A stretch of 43,888 nt of DNA, the filler included, from Archaeoglobus sp. JdFR-37 (GTDB lineage: Archaea; Halobacteriota; Archaeoglobi; Archaeoglobales; Archaeoglobaceae): the NCBI GenBank assembly GCA_002010215.1. It is 8 parts of 8 records of this genome, joined end to end, with 100 filler letters (N's around TTAATTAATTAA, not from the genome) between each part and the next. Parts side by side here need not be neighbours in the genome. Positions count along the whole stretch, not along the records: positions 28,308 to 32,373 come from MTMY01000051.1; positions 32,474 to 36,366 come from MTMY01000025.1; positions 36,467 to 40,281 come from MTMY01000011.1; 5 more parts are not named here. One strand, written 5' to 3'. Shown here piece after piece: positions 28,308 through 39,394 of this stretch; within the stretch, counting starts at the first letter, position 1; each line of letters starts with the position of its first letter. Under the pieces are notes generated by a model. That model was not told the origin of the DNA. It searched no databases and saw only the letters and a list, made by a program, of their open reading frames with translations. The position numbers and the translations under genes were made by a program.

Positions 28308-29369
28308 TGGAAGGCGATAAGCGATGCAGGATTTGTTGGTATAGTAATTCCTGAGGAGTACGGTGGGGCAGGAATGGGGATGACTGAGCTGCTGATAGCG
28401 ATGGAGGAGCTCTGTGCCAATGGCTGCGGGGCAGGAGGTGTGTGGTATCTCGTTCTGACGGAAGTGTTCGGAGCTTTGCCCATAATAAGGTACGGAAATG
28501 CGGAACAGAAGGAAAAATATCTGCCGGGAATAGCAAAGGGTAAGCTGGAGTTCTGCATGGCGTTAACTGAGCCCAACGCCGGCACCAATACGCTCCGAAT
28601 TGAGACCTACGCAAGAAAGGAGGGAGATGAATACGTTATTAACGGAAACAAGATGTTCATCAGCGGAATTGATAGAGCAAAGGGCATGCTTCTTGTTGCC
28701 AGAACTATTCCCCACTCTCAAGCTCCGAAAAAGACACTGGGCATCACGCTCTTCCTTGTTGACCTCCCAAACCCTGCCGTTAAATGGAACCCGATACCCA
28801 AGCACGGTATAAACTTCTCAAAGACCTGTGAGGTGAGCATTTCAGAGCTGAGAGTTAGTGAAGATGCAATACTGGGTGAGAAGGATAAAGGATGGTATCA
28901 GGTTCTGGATGTGCTGAACCCAGAAAGGATGAGCGCCGCCGCCGGAGCCATTGGCATATCCAAGCTTGCCATAGGCAAAGCCGTTGAGTATTCTAAACAG
29001 AGGAAAGTCTTTGCCGAACCCATCGGAAGTTACCAAGGTCTGCAGTTTCCGCTTGCTGAAAGCTTTGCTACCATAAAAACCGCGGAGCTCATGATGTTCA
29101 AGGCTGCATGGCTCTACGATAACAATGCAAGTTATAAGGAGATAGGTGATGCTGCCAACATGGCCAAGCTTGTAGCAGTTGAAAATGCCATAAAGGCCGT
29201 TTACTGGGCGATGCAGGTATTCGGCGGGTATGGATATGCAAGGGAATACGACGTGGAGAGGTGGTGGAGAGAAGTAAATCTGCTCCGCTTAGCTCCCATC
29301 ACCCAGCAGATGGCTTTGAATTACGTTGCTGAACACATTCTAGGAATGCCTAGGAGCTACAGGGACTAG
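28308..29369 (+). CDS. Acyl-CoA dehydrogenase, 5'-truncated by contig start
   Basis: The frame is open from 28308 (WKAISDAGFVGIVIPEEYGG), with LTEPNAGTN, LNPER and FGGYGYAREYDVERWWRE. Confidence 0.93.
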   Translation, partial: WKAISDAGFVGIVIPEEYGGAGMGMTELLIAMEELCANGCGAGGVWYLVLTEVFGALPIIRYGNAEQKEKYLPGIAKGKLEFCMALTEPNAGTNTLRIETYARKEGDEYVINGNKMFISGIDRAKGMLLVARTIPHSQAPKKTLGITLFLVDLPNPAVKWNPIPKHGINFSKTCEVSISELRVSEDAILGEKDKGWYQVLDVLNPERMSAAAGAIGISKLAIGKAVEYSKQRKVFAEPIGSYQGLQFPLAESFATIKTAELMMFKAAWLYDNNASYKEIGDAANMAKLVAVENAIKAVYWAMQVFGGYGYAREYDVERWWREVNLLRLAPITQQMALNYVAEHILGMPRSYRD

Positions 29370-29652
29370 AATCTTATTTTTCCATTTTTAGTGGATTCTT
29401 AGGGATTGTTCAGGTTGTGTTGAGTAATTATCCAAAATCGTTTCACATTTGAGCTTTTATTCTCTTCACTCCCTTCTTTCCTTTTTATCCCATCCACCCG
29501 ACCCCTACCCCACTCAAAGAACCAGATTTTGCCATAAACCACATTAAATTTTTTTAGTCCATTAACAGACAAAAATATACAAAAACTGAATTTAATCTCA
29601 TGCAACATTATATTTAGATAATAATTTATACAACCTTGACCTATATTCTACC

Positions 29653-30450
29653 ATGACCAAAAGAATTCTGAATTTAGGCTATGTCATGGGCGCTTCTGTT
29701 GACAATTATGACCCGGATCAGCCATACGACCTGATTTCAGCAAAGGATAGCAGCATTAAGCCCGACCCTGAAATGGTGGCTACTGGCGTGGACATCGGTT
29801 TGATGCGTTTGCATATTCACAATGCCCCTGAGCGCCGCAGATTTCTGGGGTTGGTACCAGATAGAAGCTACGAGATAATTGTAACCTTCGCCTCCATCCA
29901 CATTCACCAGCAGAAGGAGGGAGCCAGAGAAGTTATGAAGGTCAAATACTCCAAGTTCTTCAACATAGACAAAGAGGATTCTGCCGGAGGTTTTACCTAC
30001 AAAAAGATGTTTCAGAACTTGAAGTTCAAGAGGAGCCTCAGTCTGGATGTTAAGCTTACGGAGATAGATAACAGAGTGGTTGACCCTGAGCCGCTTGAGG
30101 AGTTGTTAGAGGACACAGGCATCGGCACCGTCCTTGATCTTGCCCCCTACAATCCGAAAGAGTATATACTGCTGGCCTCAAATATTGTTTCCAAGATCCA
30201 AGAAGTTTTTGGGTCAGATAAGGCTGGTGACGATCCTCTGTGGGATGACACCCTTGTTCTGGAACCAAAACCGACCATTCCGGGTAGCTACAGGCTTCAT
30301 GAAGGGTTCTATGCAATAATTGAGGAATATCAGGGATTCGATTTCGACGAGATTGTGTATCAGAATAACGCCCTTTACTGGCGGGAGACTGAGGAAGAGA
30401 TTCCCACAAACTATCTGGTTTTCTCTGTAGGGAAGAGCATACCAGTTTAA
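29653..30450 (+). CDS. Hypothetical protein (265 aa), no family recognised
   Basis: Long ORF with coding-like composition and a TTTATA box about 26 bp upstream of the ATG. Confidence 0.7.
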   Translation: MTKRILNLGYVMGASVDNYDPDQPYDLISAKDSSIKPDPEMVATGVDIGLMRLHIHNAPERRRFLGLVPDRSYEIIVTFASIHIHQQKEGAREVMKVKYSKFFNIDKEDSAGGFTYKKMFQNLKFKRSLSLDVKLTEIDNRVVDPEPLEELLEDTGIGTVLDLAPYNPKEYILLASNIVSKIQEVFGSDKAGDDPLWDDTLVLEPKPTIPGSYRLHEGFYAIIEEYQGFDFDEIVYQNNALYWRETEEEIPTNYLVFSVGKSIPV

Positions 30451-30529
30451 CTTGCAATTAAAACACAAATAACAAATATATGATGTGATTCGTGTAATTT
30501 ACAACCCCAATTCTGCTATACTCATGTAT

Positions 30530-30562
30530 GCTCATAAACGCTGAAAAACGTTATTTATGAGC
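30530..30562. promoter_or_regulatory. Inverted repeat GCTCATAAA-N15-TTTATGAGC upstream of the CoA-transferase pair
   Basis: 9-bp perfect arms overlapping a TATA-like TTATTTAT, plus a palindrome ATGAGCTCAT at 30557..30566. Confidence 0.4.
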
Positions 30563-30602
30563 TCATCATAATTAATCGTTAAATTAATCTGGAGGGATGT
30601 AG

Positions 30603-31937
30603 ATGGAAGAGGACTATTTTAGCTGGACAGAAAAACTGTTTGATCCGAAGCAGACATTCCTGAAGCCAGAAGCTCTGAGAGGAATCAGAGTTCTGGATCT
30701 TTCTCAGGTTTTGATTGGTCCTGAAACCGCATCGCTCTTCGCGGAATTCGGGGCTGAAGTGATAAAAATTGAACCTCCAGGAATGGGAGAGTTGCTGCGG
30801 AGTGTTGACATCTGGGCGAGGTTCTGGAAGGGGCACAGCCAGGGAGTTATGTGGGTTCAGAGGAACAAGTACTTTTTCGGATTAAATCTGAAACATCCCA
30901 AAGGAAAGGCAATTTTCTACGAGCTTGTAAAGCAGAGTGACATTATCGTTGAGAATTACGTTCCTGGCGTTATGGATGAGCTGGGTGTTGGATATAGACA
31001 ACTCAAAGACATAAACCCCAAGATTATCTACATTTCCATCAGCGGATTTGGACAGTGGGGTGAAAGGTGGAACTGGCCCAGCTGGGATGCTGCGGCGCAA
31101 GCAGCAAGCGGCGCTTCGGCAGTTTCGGGCTACGAGGGCAGAGTTCCGGCAAAACTCCCCTATTACCCGGGAGACATGCTGGGAGGAGCAGCAGCCTTCA
31201 TGGTTGGGCTAGCAGCTCTATACCACTGGGAAAAGACTGGAGAAGGGCAGTATATAGACGTGACGCAGGCTGAAAACCTTGCAAGGCATTTGAGCTTCAT
31301 CTGGAGCTATGTAGCAAAGAAGGGGGAAGACTGGAAGAGGCAGGGCAACAGAGATGCCAGTATATCACCAGCCAACGCTTTCAAGTCCGCTGATGGAAGG
31401 GTTGTAACGATAACGGCTCTGACAGACGAGCAGTTCAAAGGACTGTGCAACGCCATGGGCAAGCCCGAGCTTGCAGAGGACGAGAGGTTTGCAACGCTCC
31501 CTGCAAGGCTGAAGAACAGGGATGAAATTGAGAGAATTATTGGCGAATGGGTATCAGCTAGAAGCTCTGAGGAGATTATTCAGCTTTCTGCAAAACACGG
31601 CTTCTCAGCTGGAGTTGCGAGAGATGGTCTTGAGGTTTACAATGATGAGCATCTTAGGGCAAGAGGCAGCGTGTGGTTCTACGATGATCCGATGTTCGGA
31701 GATATGGTTGCTGCTGGCTCGCCCATGAAAATGAGTGAGACACCTGGCAGAATAAATTGGTCCACACATCCCGTTGGCTATCACAATCGCTACATCCTGA
31801 AAACTCTGCTTGGATTCAGTGATGATGAGATTGAAGAGCTCAAAAAAGAGGGTGTCATAGGATACTGGATTGATTTTATCGGCAGGAAACCGCCTGAGGG
31901 TGTTGAACCTGAAAAAGACCCCATCTTTATGTGGTGA
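30603..31937 (+). CDS. Family III (CaiB/BaiF) CoA-transferase, catalytic subunit
   Basis: LRGIRVLDLS, GAEVIKIEPPG.GE..R, RNK, ISISGFGQ.G, and catalytic Asp in PSWDAAAQAASG. Confidence 0.93.
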   Translation: MEEDYFSWTEKLFDPKQTFLKPEALRGIRVLDLSQVLIGPETASLFAEFGAEVIKIEPPGMGELLRSVDIWARFWKGHSQGVMWVQRNKYFFGLNLKHPKGKAIFYELVKQSDIIVENYVPGVMDELGVGYRQLKDINPKIIYISISGFGQWGERWNWPSWDAAAQAASGASAVSGYEGRVPAKLPYYPGDMLGGAAAFMVGLAALYHWEKTGEGQYIDVTQAENLARHLSFIWSYVAKKGEDWKRQGNRDASISPANAFKSADGRVVTITALTDEQFKGLCNAMGKPELAEDERFATLPARLKNRDEIERIIGEWVSARSSEEIIQLSAKHGFSAGVARDGLEVYNDEHLRARGSVWFYDDPMFGDMVAAGSPMKMSETPGRINWSTHPVGYHNRYILKTLLGFSDDEIEELKKEGVIGYWIDFIGRKPPEGVEPEKDPIFMW

Positions 31938-32373
31938 TGCTTATGGAGTGGCATGAGGTTTCGAAACAGTATTTTGAGGTTGAGAGAGCCAGATTCAAGA
32001 AAGGGCCGCTAGAAGATATCGTGGTATTTGACATAAGTTATGCAAGTCCCGCTGCCACCTTCGCTTCTTCAGTGCTGGCAGAGATGGGTGCAGAGGTTAT
32101 AAAGGTTGAGCCTCCAGATGGCGATCCCCTGAGGAAACTTACACCCTTCGGAGAGTTCTATTTCGATGGAACAGGATTACCTTTCGCTGTAGAAGGGAGA
32201 AATAAGAAATACATGACCCTTGACCTTGAAAAAGAAGAAGGTCGGGAGCTTTTCAAGCAGCTGATACTGCACGCAGATGTTGTAATCGAATCCTTCCCGC
32301 CTGGTTATGCAGATGAGCTAGGAATTGGCTATAGACAGCTCAGAGAAATCAAGCCGGACATCATTTACCTTGC
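31937..32373 (+). CDS. Family III CoA-transferase second subunit, 5' part (continues at base 1)
   Basis: LAEMGAEVIKVEPPDGDPLR, GRNKK and ADVVIESF. TGATG coupling to the upstream gene. Confidence 0.92.
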
Positions 32374-32561
32374 NNNNNNNNNNNNNNNNNNNNNNNNNNN
32401 NNNNNNNNNNNNNNNNNTTAATTAATTAANNNNNNNNNNNNNNNNNNNNNNNNNNNNNNNNNNNNNNNNNNNNGTAGGAAGATTAGAGAGGATGTTTGAA
32501 TGAGTTGTTAGTGGTGAGGGGGATGAAAACGCTTACCGAAAGATTTTCCATCCGTTAAATC

Positions 32562-35500
32562 TTTTCAATCCTACAATAGTCTGATTCTAACTCTGGGAAA
32601 GGTTACAAACTGACGGGAGCGGGAGATTGTCTTTCAATCCTACAATAGTCTGATTCTAACTAGATGATTATGTTGAAGTGCCTGATTCGGCGAGTTTACT
32701 TTCAATCCTACAATAGTCTGATTCTAACCTGATAAGGTTTATATTGGTGTTCCGGGATCCATAAGAAGCTTTCAATCCTACAATAGTCTGATTCTAACTC
32801 CTTTCACCTACCTTTTTTATTTATTTAGTTCCTGGATCTTTCAATCCTACAATAGTCTGATTCTAACACGAGACTTCTAATCAAAGTATTACTTTAGATA
32901 CTGACTTTCAATCCTACAATAGTCTGATTCTAACCTGCAGCTGAACCAGTCAACTTAATTCCCTGAATAACCCTCTTTCAATCCTACAATAGTCTGATTC
33001 TAACGGAGAGTATGCTGTTGCTTTTGGAACTGCAATGGCTCTCTTTCAATCCTACAATAGTCTGATTCTAACCCACCCACTCCAGCTGAAACAAAAAAAC
33101 TATTACACATCTTTCAATCCTACAATAGTCTGATTCTAACTACGGAAATAAAATGATTTTAAAAGCAGATTTTAAAAGCTTTCAATCCTACAATAGTCTG
33201 ATTCTAACGGTGAGATAATGGCTCTTGGAACTATCCTTGCTATTATCTTTCAATCCTACAATAGTCTGATTCTAACTGGTACTGGCGGGCTCACTGGGAA
33301 CTTCCTTCACCAACAGCCTTTCAATCCTACAATAGTCTGATTCTAACTCTGTTGTATCCATATGAGGTCTTCTTTTCTGACTTCTTTCAATCCTACAATA
33401 GTCTGATTCTAACTTGCAGCGCTCTTGTATTACAATGGATCCTTTTTCGCTGCTTTCAATCCTACAATAGTCTGATTCTAACTGTGGAGTTCTATAAAGC
33501 ATATCACAACCTGAGTGATGCTTTCAATCCTACAATAGTCTGATTCTAACTGGAGAGAGAGTAGAGATTGGAAAGAGAAACCAGTGTTCTTTCAATCCTA
33601 CAATAGTCTGATTCTAACAGGCTTTAGAGGTTGGTGCGTCGACACTCAGAACCTGACTTTCAATCCTACAATAGTCTGATTCTAACCTTCTAAGACAAAG
33701 TGAGAATACAAATAATATTTGGTACTTTCAATCCTACAATAGTCTGATTCTAACATAGTTGATAAAATCATATTCCATGCTCTTAGAACCGTTCTTTCAA
33801 TCCTACAATAGTCTGATTCTAACTCGATGACACGGTTAAAGTAATCGTGTTTGGGTAAGTGTACTTTCAATCCTACAATAGTCTGATTCTAACAGATTCC
33901 ATAGATCCACTAATTGTTTTCTCTACCACAGCTTTCAATCCTACAATAGTCTGATTCTAACAATGTGCTTAAGTGGGGGACTGGCGGGTTGAATATTGAC
34001 TTTCAATCCTACAATAGTCTGATTCTAACGAAGTGGGATTCGCCAGATTTTAGTGACGATCAATATACTTTCAATCCTACAATAGTCTGATTCTAACAAC
34101 GGGCTGTCTCTGGCTGCCGTTGTAGTTGTAAACGACTTTCAATCCTACAATAGTCTGATTCTAACTATCGTAAACCTTCCGTCTATATTGAATGCCCTCC
34201 CAACCTTTCAATCCTACAATAGTCTGATTCTAACTGATGAGGAAGTATTGAAGTGGTTTAGGGAGAAATTTCCACCTTTCAATCCTACAATAGTCTGATT
34301 CTAACTAAGCTCCAATAATCCCTACAACAGCTAATATAATATACTTTCAATCCTACAATAGTCTGATTCTAACGCCTCCACGAAAGCGGTTATTTGAGCA
34401 TCCACAAGCCTTTCAATCCTACAATAGTCTGATTCTAACGATCGGGAGAATATACAAAAATTTCTCAGTGTCACTGTGACCTTTCAATCCTACAATAGTC
34501 TGATTCTAACGAGAAATTAAGGGAATTAATCAAAACAGCTAAAGAGTCCTTTCAATCCTACAATAGTCTGATTCTAACTCTGACCGTTGATTACGATTTT
34601 ATACTGGGCGTGCTCTGCTATCTTTCAATCCTACAATAGTCTGATTCTAACGATGATCCAAGTGTATGAAAATTAACCTTTTTTATCATACTTTCAATCC
34701 TACAATAGTCTGATTCTAACACAACCTCTTTTAACTCCCCGCACTCCCCGCAGATTATGCCTTTCAATCCTACAATAGTCTGATTCTAACCGTCTTCCTT
34801 CGTTTCTTCGACTCTCCTGCCCGTGTACTTTCAATCCTACAATAGTCTGATTCTAACCTTTTCAAGTAATGTCCTAAACAATTTCTTTTTCTCCTCTTTC
34901 AATCCTACAATAGTCTGATTCTAACAAATAATTTGCATTCTCTGCTTTTGCTAAATCAACCAGCTTTCAATCCTACAATAGTCTGATTCTAACTGCTTCC
35001 TATTAACTCATCGTCTCCACAAATATCTATCTTTCAATCCTACAATAGTCTGATTCTAACACTCACTTGAAATATGTTGTCTGCACCAAGAGATACACCC
35101 ACTTTCAATCCTACAATAGTCTGATTCTAACCGGGTTCAATTCCCGCCCCCTCCTCCTAAACTACTTCACTTTCAATCCTACAATAGTCTGATTCTAACA
35201 TAGATACGGTGATAGAAACCGAATTCACATACTGCTGACTTTCAATCCTACAATAGTCTGATTCTAACTGAATTCCTCTTGTATACCTTGAAGGTCACTG
35301 TGTCTCCTTTCAATCCTACAATAGTCTGATTCTAACCTCCCTCTTCCTTCTCCTCCCTGTCAACTACTGTAAACCTTTCAATCCTACAATAGTCTGATTC
35401 TAACTCGGGCGAAGGGGGTAGATAAAACAAAAGTAATCATCGAACTTTCAATCCTACAATAGTCTGATTCTAACCATTTGAACGCTTGTTCACTAAGAAC

Positions 35501-36365
35501 AAAGAAGCCGAACTTTCAATCCTACAATAGTCTGATTCTAACTCTTTCTCGGTTGTTTGGGCATCCACAACCTCTATTTCCTTTCAATCCTACAATAGTC
35601 TGATTCTAACTTTTGATAATCCATGCGAGATGGAGGTTGAAATTTATTTTTCTTTCAATCCTACAATAGTCTGATTCTAACTATCGTAAACCTTCCGTCT
35701 ATATTGAATGCCCTCCCAACCTTTCAATCCTACAATAGTCTGATTCTAACATTCTCCGCCATTCAGCCTCTTAGCCACCCACTTCTGACTTTCAATCCTA
35801 CAATAGTCTGATTCTAACCACTTGAACCCCTGAAAGACACTTCGAACCTTGAAATCAAACTTTCAATCCTACAATAGTCTGATTCTAACTGCTTGGAATT
35901 CAATGCCATCTTAGTTGATCCACACAGCTTTCAATCCTACAATAGTCTGATTCTAACTCTCAGTTCTTCAACTTCGATTCCTTTTTGCACTTCACCTTTC
36001 AATCCTACAATAGTCTGATTCTAACACCAATAAAAAACCAAAAGATTTTGTACCTTTTAATCCTTTCAATCCTACAATAGTCTGATTCTAACATCAAGTC
36101 CCCTGCCACAGCGATCACAGACAAAGTTATCTTTCAATCCTACAATAGTCTGATTCTAACTCACAGCAGCACAAAGAAGAGAACCAATATATGAGAGGCT
36201 TTCAATCCTACAATAGTCTGATTCTAACGAAATTGATGAGAGGTATGGATTTAGTGAGGTGAGATCTTTCAATCCTACAATAGTCTGATTCTAACTTAAT
36301 GGCTATTGCACGGAGGAGTGCCGCCTATAATCATTCTTTCAATCCTACAATAGTCTGATTCTAAC
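32562..36365 (-). CRISPR. CRISPR array, 56 repeats and 55 complete spacers (36-43 bp) by manual count; repeat GTTAGAATCAGACTATTGTAGGATTGAAAG; truncated on the probable leader side
   Basis: The 30-bp CTTTCAATCCTACAATAGTCTGATTCTAAC recurs throughout. The leftmost copy has a variant terminal base (trailer), and the ATTGAAAG handle implies minus-strand transcription. No cas genes in the window. Confidence 0.99.
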
Positions 36366-36467
36366 TNNNNNNNNNNNNNNNNNNNNNNNNNNNNNNNNNN
36401 NNNNNNNNNNTTAATTAATTAANNNNNNNNNNNNNNNNNNNNNNNNNNNNNNNNNNNNNNNNNNNNG

Positions 36468-36575
36468 AATAGCCAGAGGGTGGTTGACATTGATGAGGCA
36501 GAGCATCTGATCAACTCGGGCTGGGAGTTTGTTGCGACGCTTCCAAACGGGAAGGTTGTTGTCAGGCATGGGTGA
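36468..36575 (+). CDS. C-terminal fragment of an archaeal tyrosine integrase
   Basis: Manual translation NSQRVVDIDEAEHLINSGWEFVATLPNGKVVVRHG*, a tail motif I recall from the same integrase family as 17454..17745. Confidence 0.6.
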   Translation, partial: NSQRVVDIDEAEHLINSGWEFVATLPNGKVVVRHG

Positions 36576-36799
36576 TGCAAAGGGCTGACCTCGGCCGTGC
36601 AAGGGTGATAATTGAACTGTATGAATTTGATTATTTTAATGCTGAACGAGCGTTCAGTGTAAGATGTCCATTCTTAAGAAAAGTCAGGGGAAAAGAAGAA
36701 TACACTTGCCTGATCCACGACGTAAAACCACTAAAGTGCAGAGAATTTCCAGCTGACAGAGAAACCGCTAAGAATCACGAGTGCCCAGGTTATGACTAG
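36575..36799 (+). pseudogene. YkgJ-family (CxxCxxCC) cysteine-cluster protein, C-terminal half only
   Basis: CPFL...CLIHDVKPLKCREFP...CPG. The N-terminal CxxCxxCC is absent. Confidence 0.6.
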
Positions 36800-37242
36800 G
36801 CAGCCCAATCGGAGGGAGTTCATCAATCTGCAGATATACGAGTTAAATTAAAGACATTAATGCGACCATCGAAGGTGTCTGGTATACCAAAAGAGTACAT
36901 AAGATGAAGAACATTTAAATTTCAACAACCCATCAAAAATTGGATAGGCCCTCACCTCTGCAAAAATCCTGCAGAACCTGAAAAAGCTAAGGATTCCTAC
37001 AATCCCTGCTTATTCCCGGCCTGCCCAATATCTTGGGAAGCGGATTTTTTCGATGGGCACCTCCATGGATTCAGAATTACTAAGCATTATGTCTCCATCC
37101 ACCATAAACCGGTGCTTTCCCCTGGAATTTGAACCTTCAGAACCAAGCTCGAATTATTGGATGAGCCCTCTCCCTTCAAGAAGCCCTGCCCCTGTTGACC
37201 AGTGGGAAAACTCTTAAAAGTATGGGAAACGATTTATCAATA

Positions 37243-37575
37243 ATGCTCTTTAAAACACTCAACATCCCCGAGAACAAGAGAAAAGCTATTGAAGAATTTG
37301 TCAGAGTGCTCAAGGAGTGGTACGGAGACAGGGTGAAGAGAGTCATCCTGTTCGGTTCTGTGGCGAGAAGTGATTTCAGCGAGGAGAGTGACATCGATGT
37401 GCTGGTGATCGCTGACGGAATTTCCACCCGGGATGTTGTCAGGGCTGCCCATAAAATTCTCCTGGACTACGGGGAAGTTATAGTACCCATACTGAAGTCA
37501 AGTGAAGAGTTCGCCAGATACAAGCATCACTCATTTTACCGGACCGTTAGCAGGGAGGGAGTAATCATTGCATGA
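37243..37575 (+). CDS. Minimal nucleotidyltransferase (MNT) antitoxin
   Basis: ILFGSVARSDFSEESDIDVLV (GS-x10-DxD). Overlaps the HEPN start. Confidence 0.9.
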   Translation: MLFKTLNIPENKRKAIEEFVRVLKEWYGDRVKRVILFGSVARSDFSEESDIDVLVIADGISTRDVVRAAHKILLDYGEVIVPILKSSEEFARYKHHSFYRTVSREGVIIA

Positions 37576-37958
37576 AGTAGTTCAGCAATTCAAAATTGCA
37601 GAGGAGTGTCTGCAGGAGGCGAGAAACCTATTTTCAAGCGGATACTACAGAGGCACTGTATCCCAGGGCTTACTACTCGATGTACCACGCGGCAAGAGCT
37701 CTCCTGCTCACCAAAAATGTGTCTCCAAAAACGCATGCTGGAGTTCTGAGGATGCTGGGTTTGGAGTTCGTCAGTAAAAACTTGCTCGAAGACATGTACA
37801 GCGAGGCTTACCAGCACGCGCTTACCCTCAGGAGCGAGGCCGATTACGCGGTCGAAGCTAATGTGAGCAGAGAAAAAGCAGAGGATGCAATACTAAATGC
37901 AGAATCATTTTTGGAAAGGATTAAGAGAGCTTTGATTGAACTGGGCTGGCAGGTGTAA
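37568..37958 (+). pseudogene. HEPN-domain toxin with a +1 frameshift at 37662..37664
   Basis: Two track ORFs join as ...GYYRGTVS/RAYYSMYHAARALL...KTHAG...RSEADY after removing one C. Confidence 0.85.
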
Positions 37959-38250
37959 CGCCTTTAAAGCCTTGAGGCACAAAATTTCCTGCATAGCTAC
38001 CGAGGCAGCATTTTTGGGTTAAGATTGGCAGGAGTATGATGATGTTATATATATGACTGTCTTAATCAGAAAGTCGTTTCACATAACTCGAAACCCGATG
38101 ACGAGTTAGCTCATCACCCCCAGAAGGGTTGGAGGAGACCGTAGACTTTCCAGAGGTGTGCCTGTAAGAAGATCTTGGCAATAGCCGACAGGAAAATCGT
38201 TAAAAGTGTAAAAGGCTCAACTAAATAACAATGCTCCCGGAAACCCTTGT

Positions 38251-38494
38251 GACGCAATTCTAGATATCGACCAAAATAATGAGCTGGCATGGTATTACAA
38301 AAGGTTGCTTCGAGGCAAAACTTGGTAATTTAGTGGAGGCCTTAAAATGCTTGGAAAAGGCCATAGAAGCGGATAGAAAGTTCATTGAATTGGCTAACAG
38401 TGACGAAGATTTAGCAATTCTGAAAAATGACAAAAGATTCCAAATTCTAATTAAGAGAATGACTAATAACTCGAGAAAAGCGGAGAATGAGTAA
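38251..38494 (+). pseudogene. TPR-protein C-terminal remnant, frameshifted
   Basis: DAILDIDQNNELAWYYK/GCFEAKLGNLVEALKCLEKAIEAD...DEDL..L.ND.RF, with an extra A at 38299..38302. Confidence 0.65.
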
Positions 38495-38686
38495 AAAAAG
38501 ATTTATTGAATCACTATGCAACCGAGCTATAGCTAAAAGATTAAGTATATCTTTGATTTATTTAATTCTTATAATTTTTAATGATTTCCGACTGCACAAA
38601 ATATAAATTTTATGTGCCATTCCATTAAGAAAGGTGACAAAACTTTAGATACTTTAACGTGCCAAATTGATCCAAAAGGTGACACG

Positions 38687-39394
38687 ATGTACTTGGATAG
38701 CTTCTACTCTGAATTGACGAAAAGATGGCAGGGGAGCTTATTCAGGGTTAGCGATGCCTATCAAATCAATAGAAGAGCTAAAGAATACCTGCACAGGTTG
38801 TCAAAAGAAAGAAAGTTGAAGAGAATATACTGGGGATGGTACTTCATCCCTGCCGAATACAAAGACCCCTGGGATTTTTTGGTTAAGGACAGGGGCTTCA
38901 AGGTAATCGTCAAGCAAACCGCAGCCAGCATCTGGAACTACGACTTCGTTCACAGAGACGTTTACCGTTTGGCTGTAAAAGATAGATCCTACGGCAACGC
39001 TTTGGAGGGGTTTGCGAAAGACATGGGATGGGATTTCGAAATTGAATACCACAAGAGAATTCCCTACGAGTACAAGAAGATGGATGGCTTATTCATTGAA
39101 ACCATTGAATCCAGCATAGTGAGCTGCATTTCGGAATGGTCCTTCATAGATGCTTTCGCTACTTTGTACTTCAGGAGAGATGAGGTCAGCTTTAGTAAGT
39201 TGAAGGAAATGGGAAGGTGGAAAAGAATATCCAGCAGCGATACAAGGGTATGGACGGCTTTGAAGTACGGATGCAGGTTATTCAACGAGCATTTCGGAAA
39301 GGAAATCTTCCACATTAGGGTTAGAAGAGAGTTGAACGATGATATCAGGGAATTGATTGAGGAAGCTGTAAAGAGGGTGATTGAGTTTGCCTAA
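38687..39394 (+). CDS. Putative AbiEi-like (type IV TA) antitoxin/regulator
   Basis: N-terminal wHTH ending YLHRLSKERKLKRIYWGWYFIP. Overlaps a nucleotidyltransferase gene. Confidence 0.55.
   Translation: MYLDSFYSELTKRWQGSLFRVSDAYQINRRAKEYLHRLSKERKLKRIYWGWYFIPAEYKDPWDFLVKDRGFKVIVKQTAASIWNYDFVHRDVYRLAVKDRSYGNALEGFAKDMGWDFEIEYHKRIPYEYKKMDGLFIETIESSIVSCISEWSFIDAFATLYFRRDEVSFSKLKEMGRWKRISSSDTRVWTALKYGCRLFNEHFGKEIFHIRVRRELNDDIRELIEEAVKRVIEFA

Noticed and set aside
33005..33246. Short shared words between spacers (ATGGCTCT, TTGGAACT)
   Set aside because: Only 8-9 bp and in a different order, compatible with chance.
33272..33870. ORFs with a repeating LESDYCRIE peptide
   Set aside because: Translations of CRISPR repeats.
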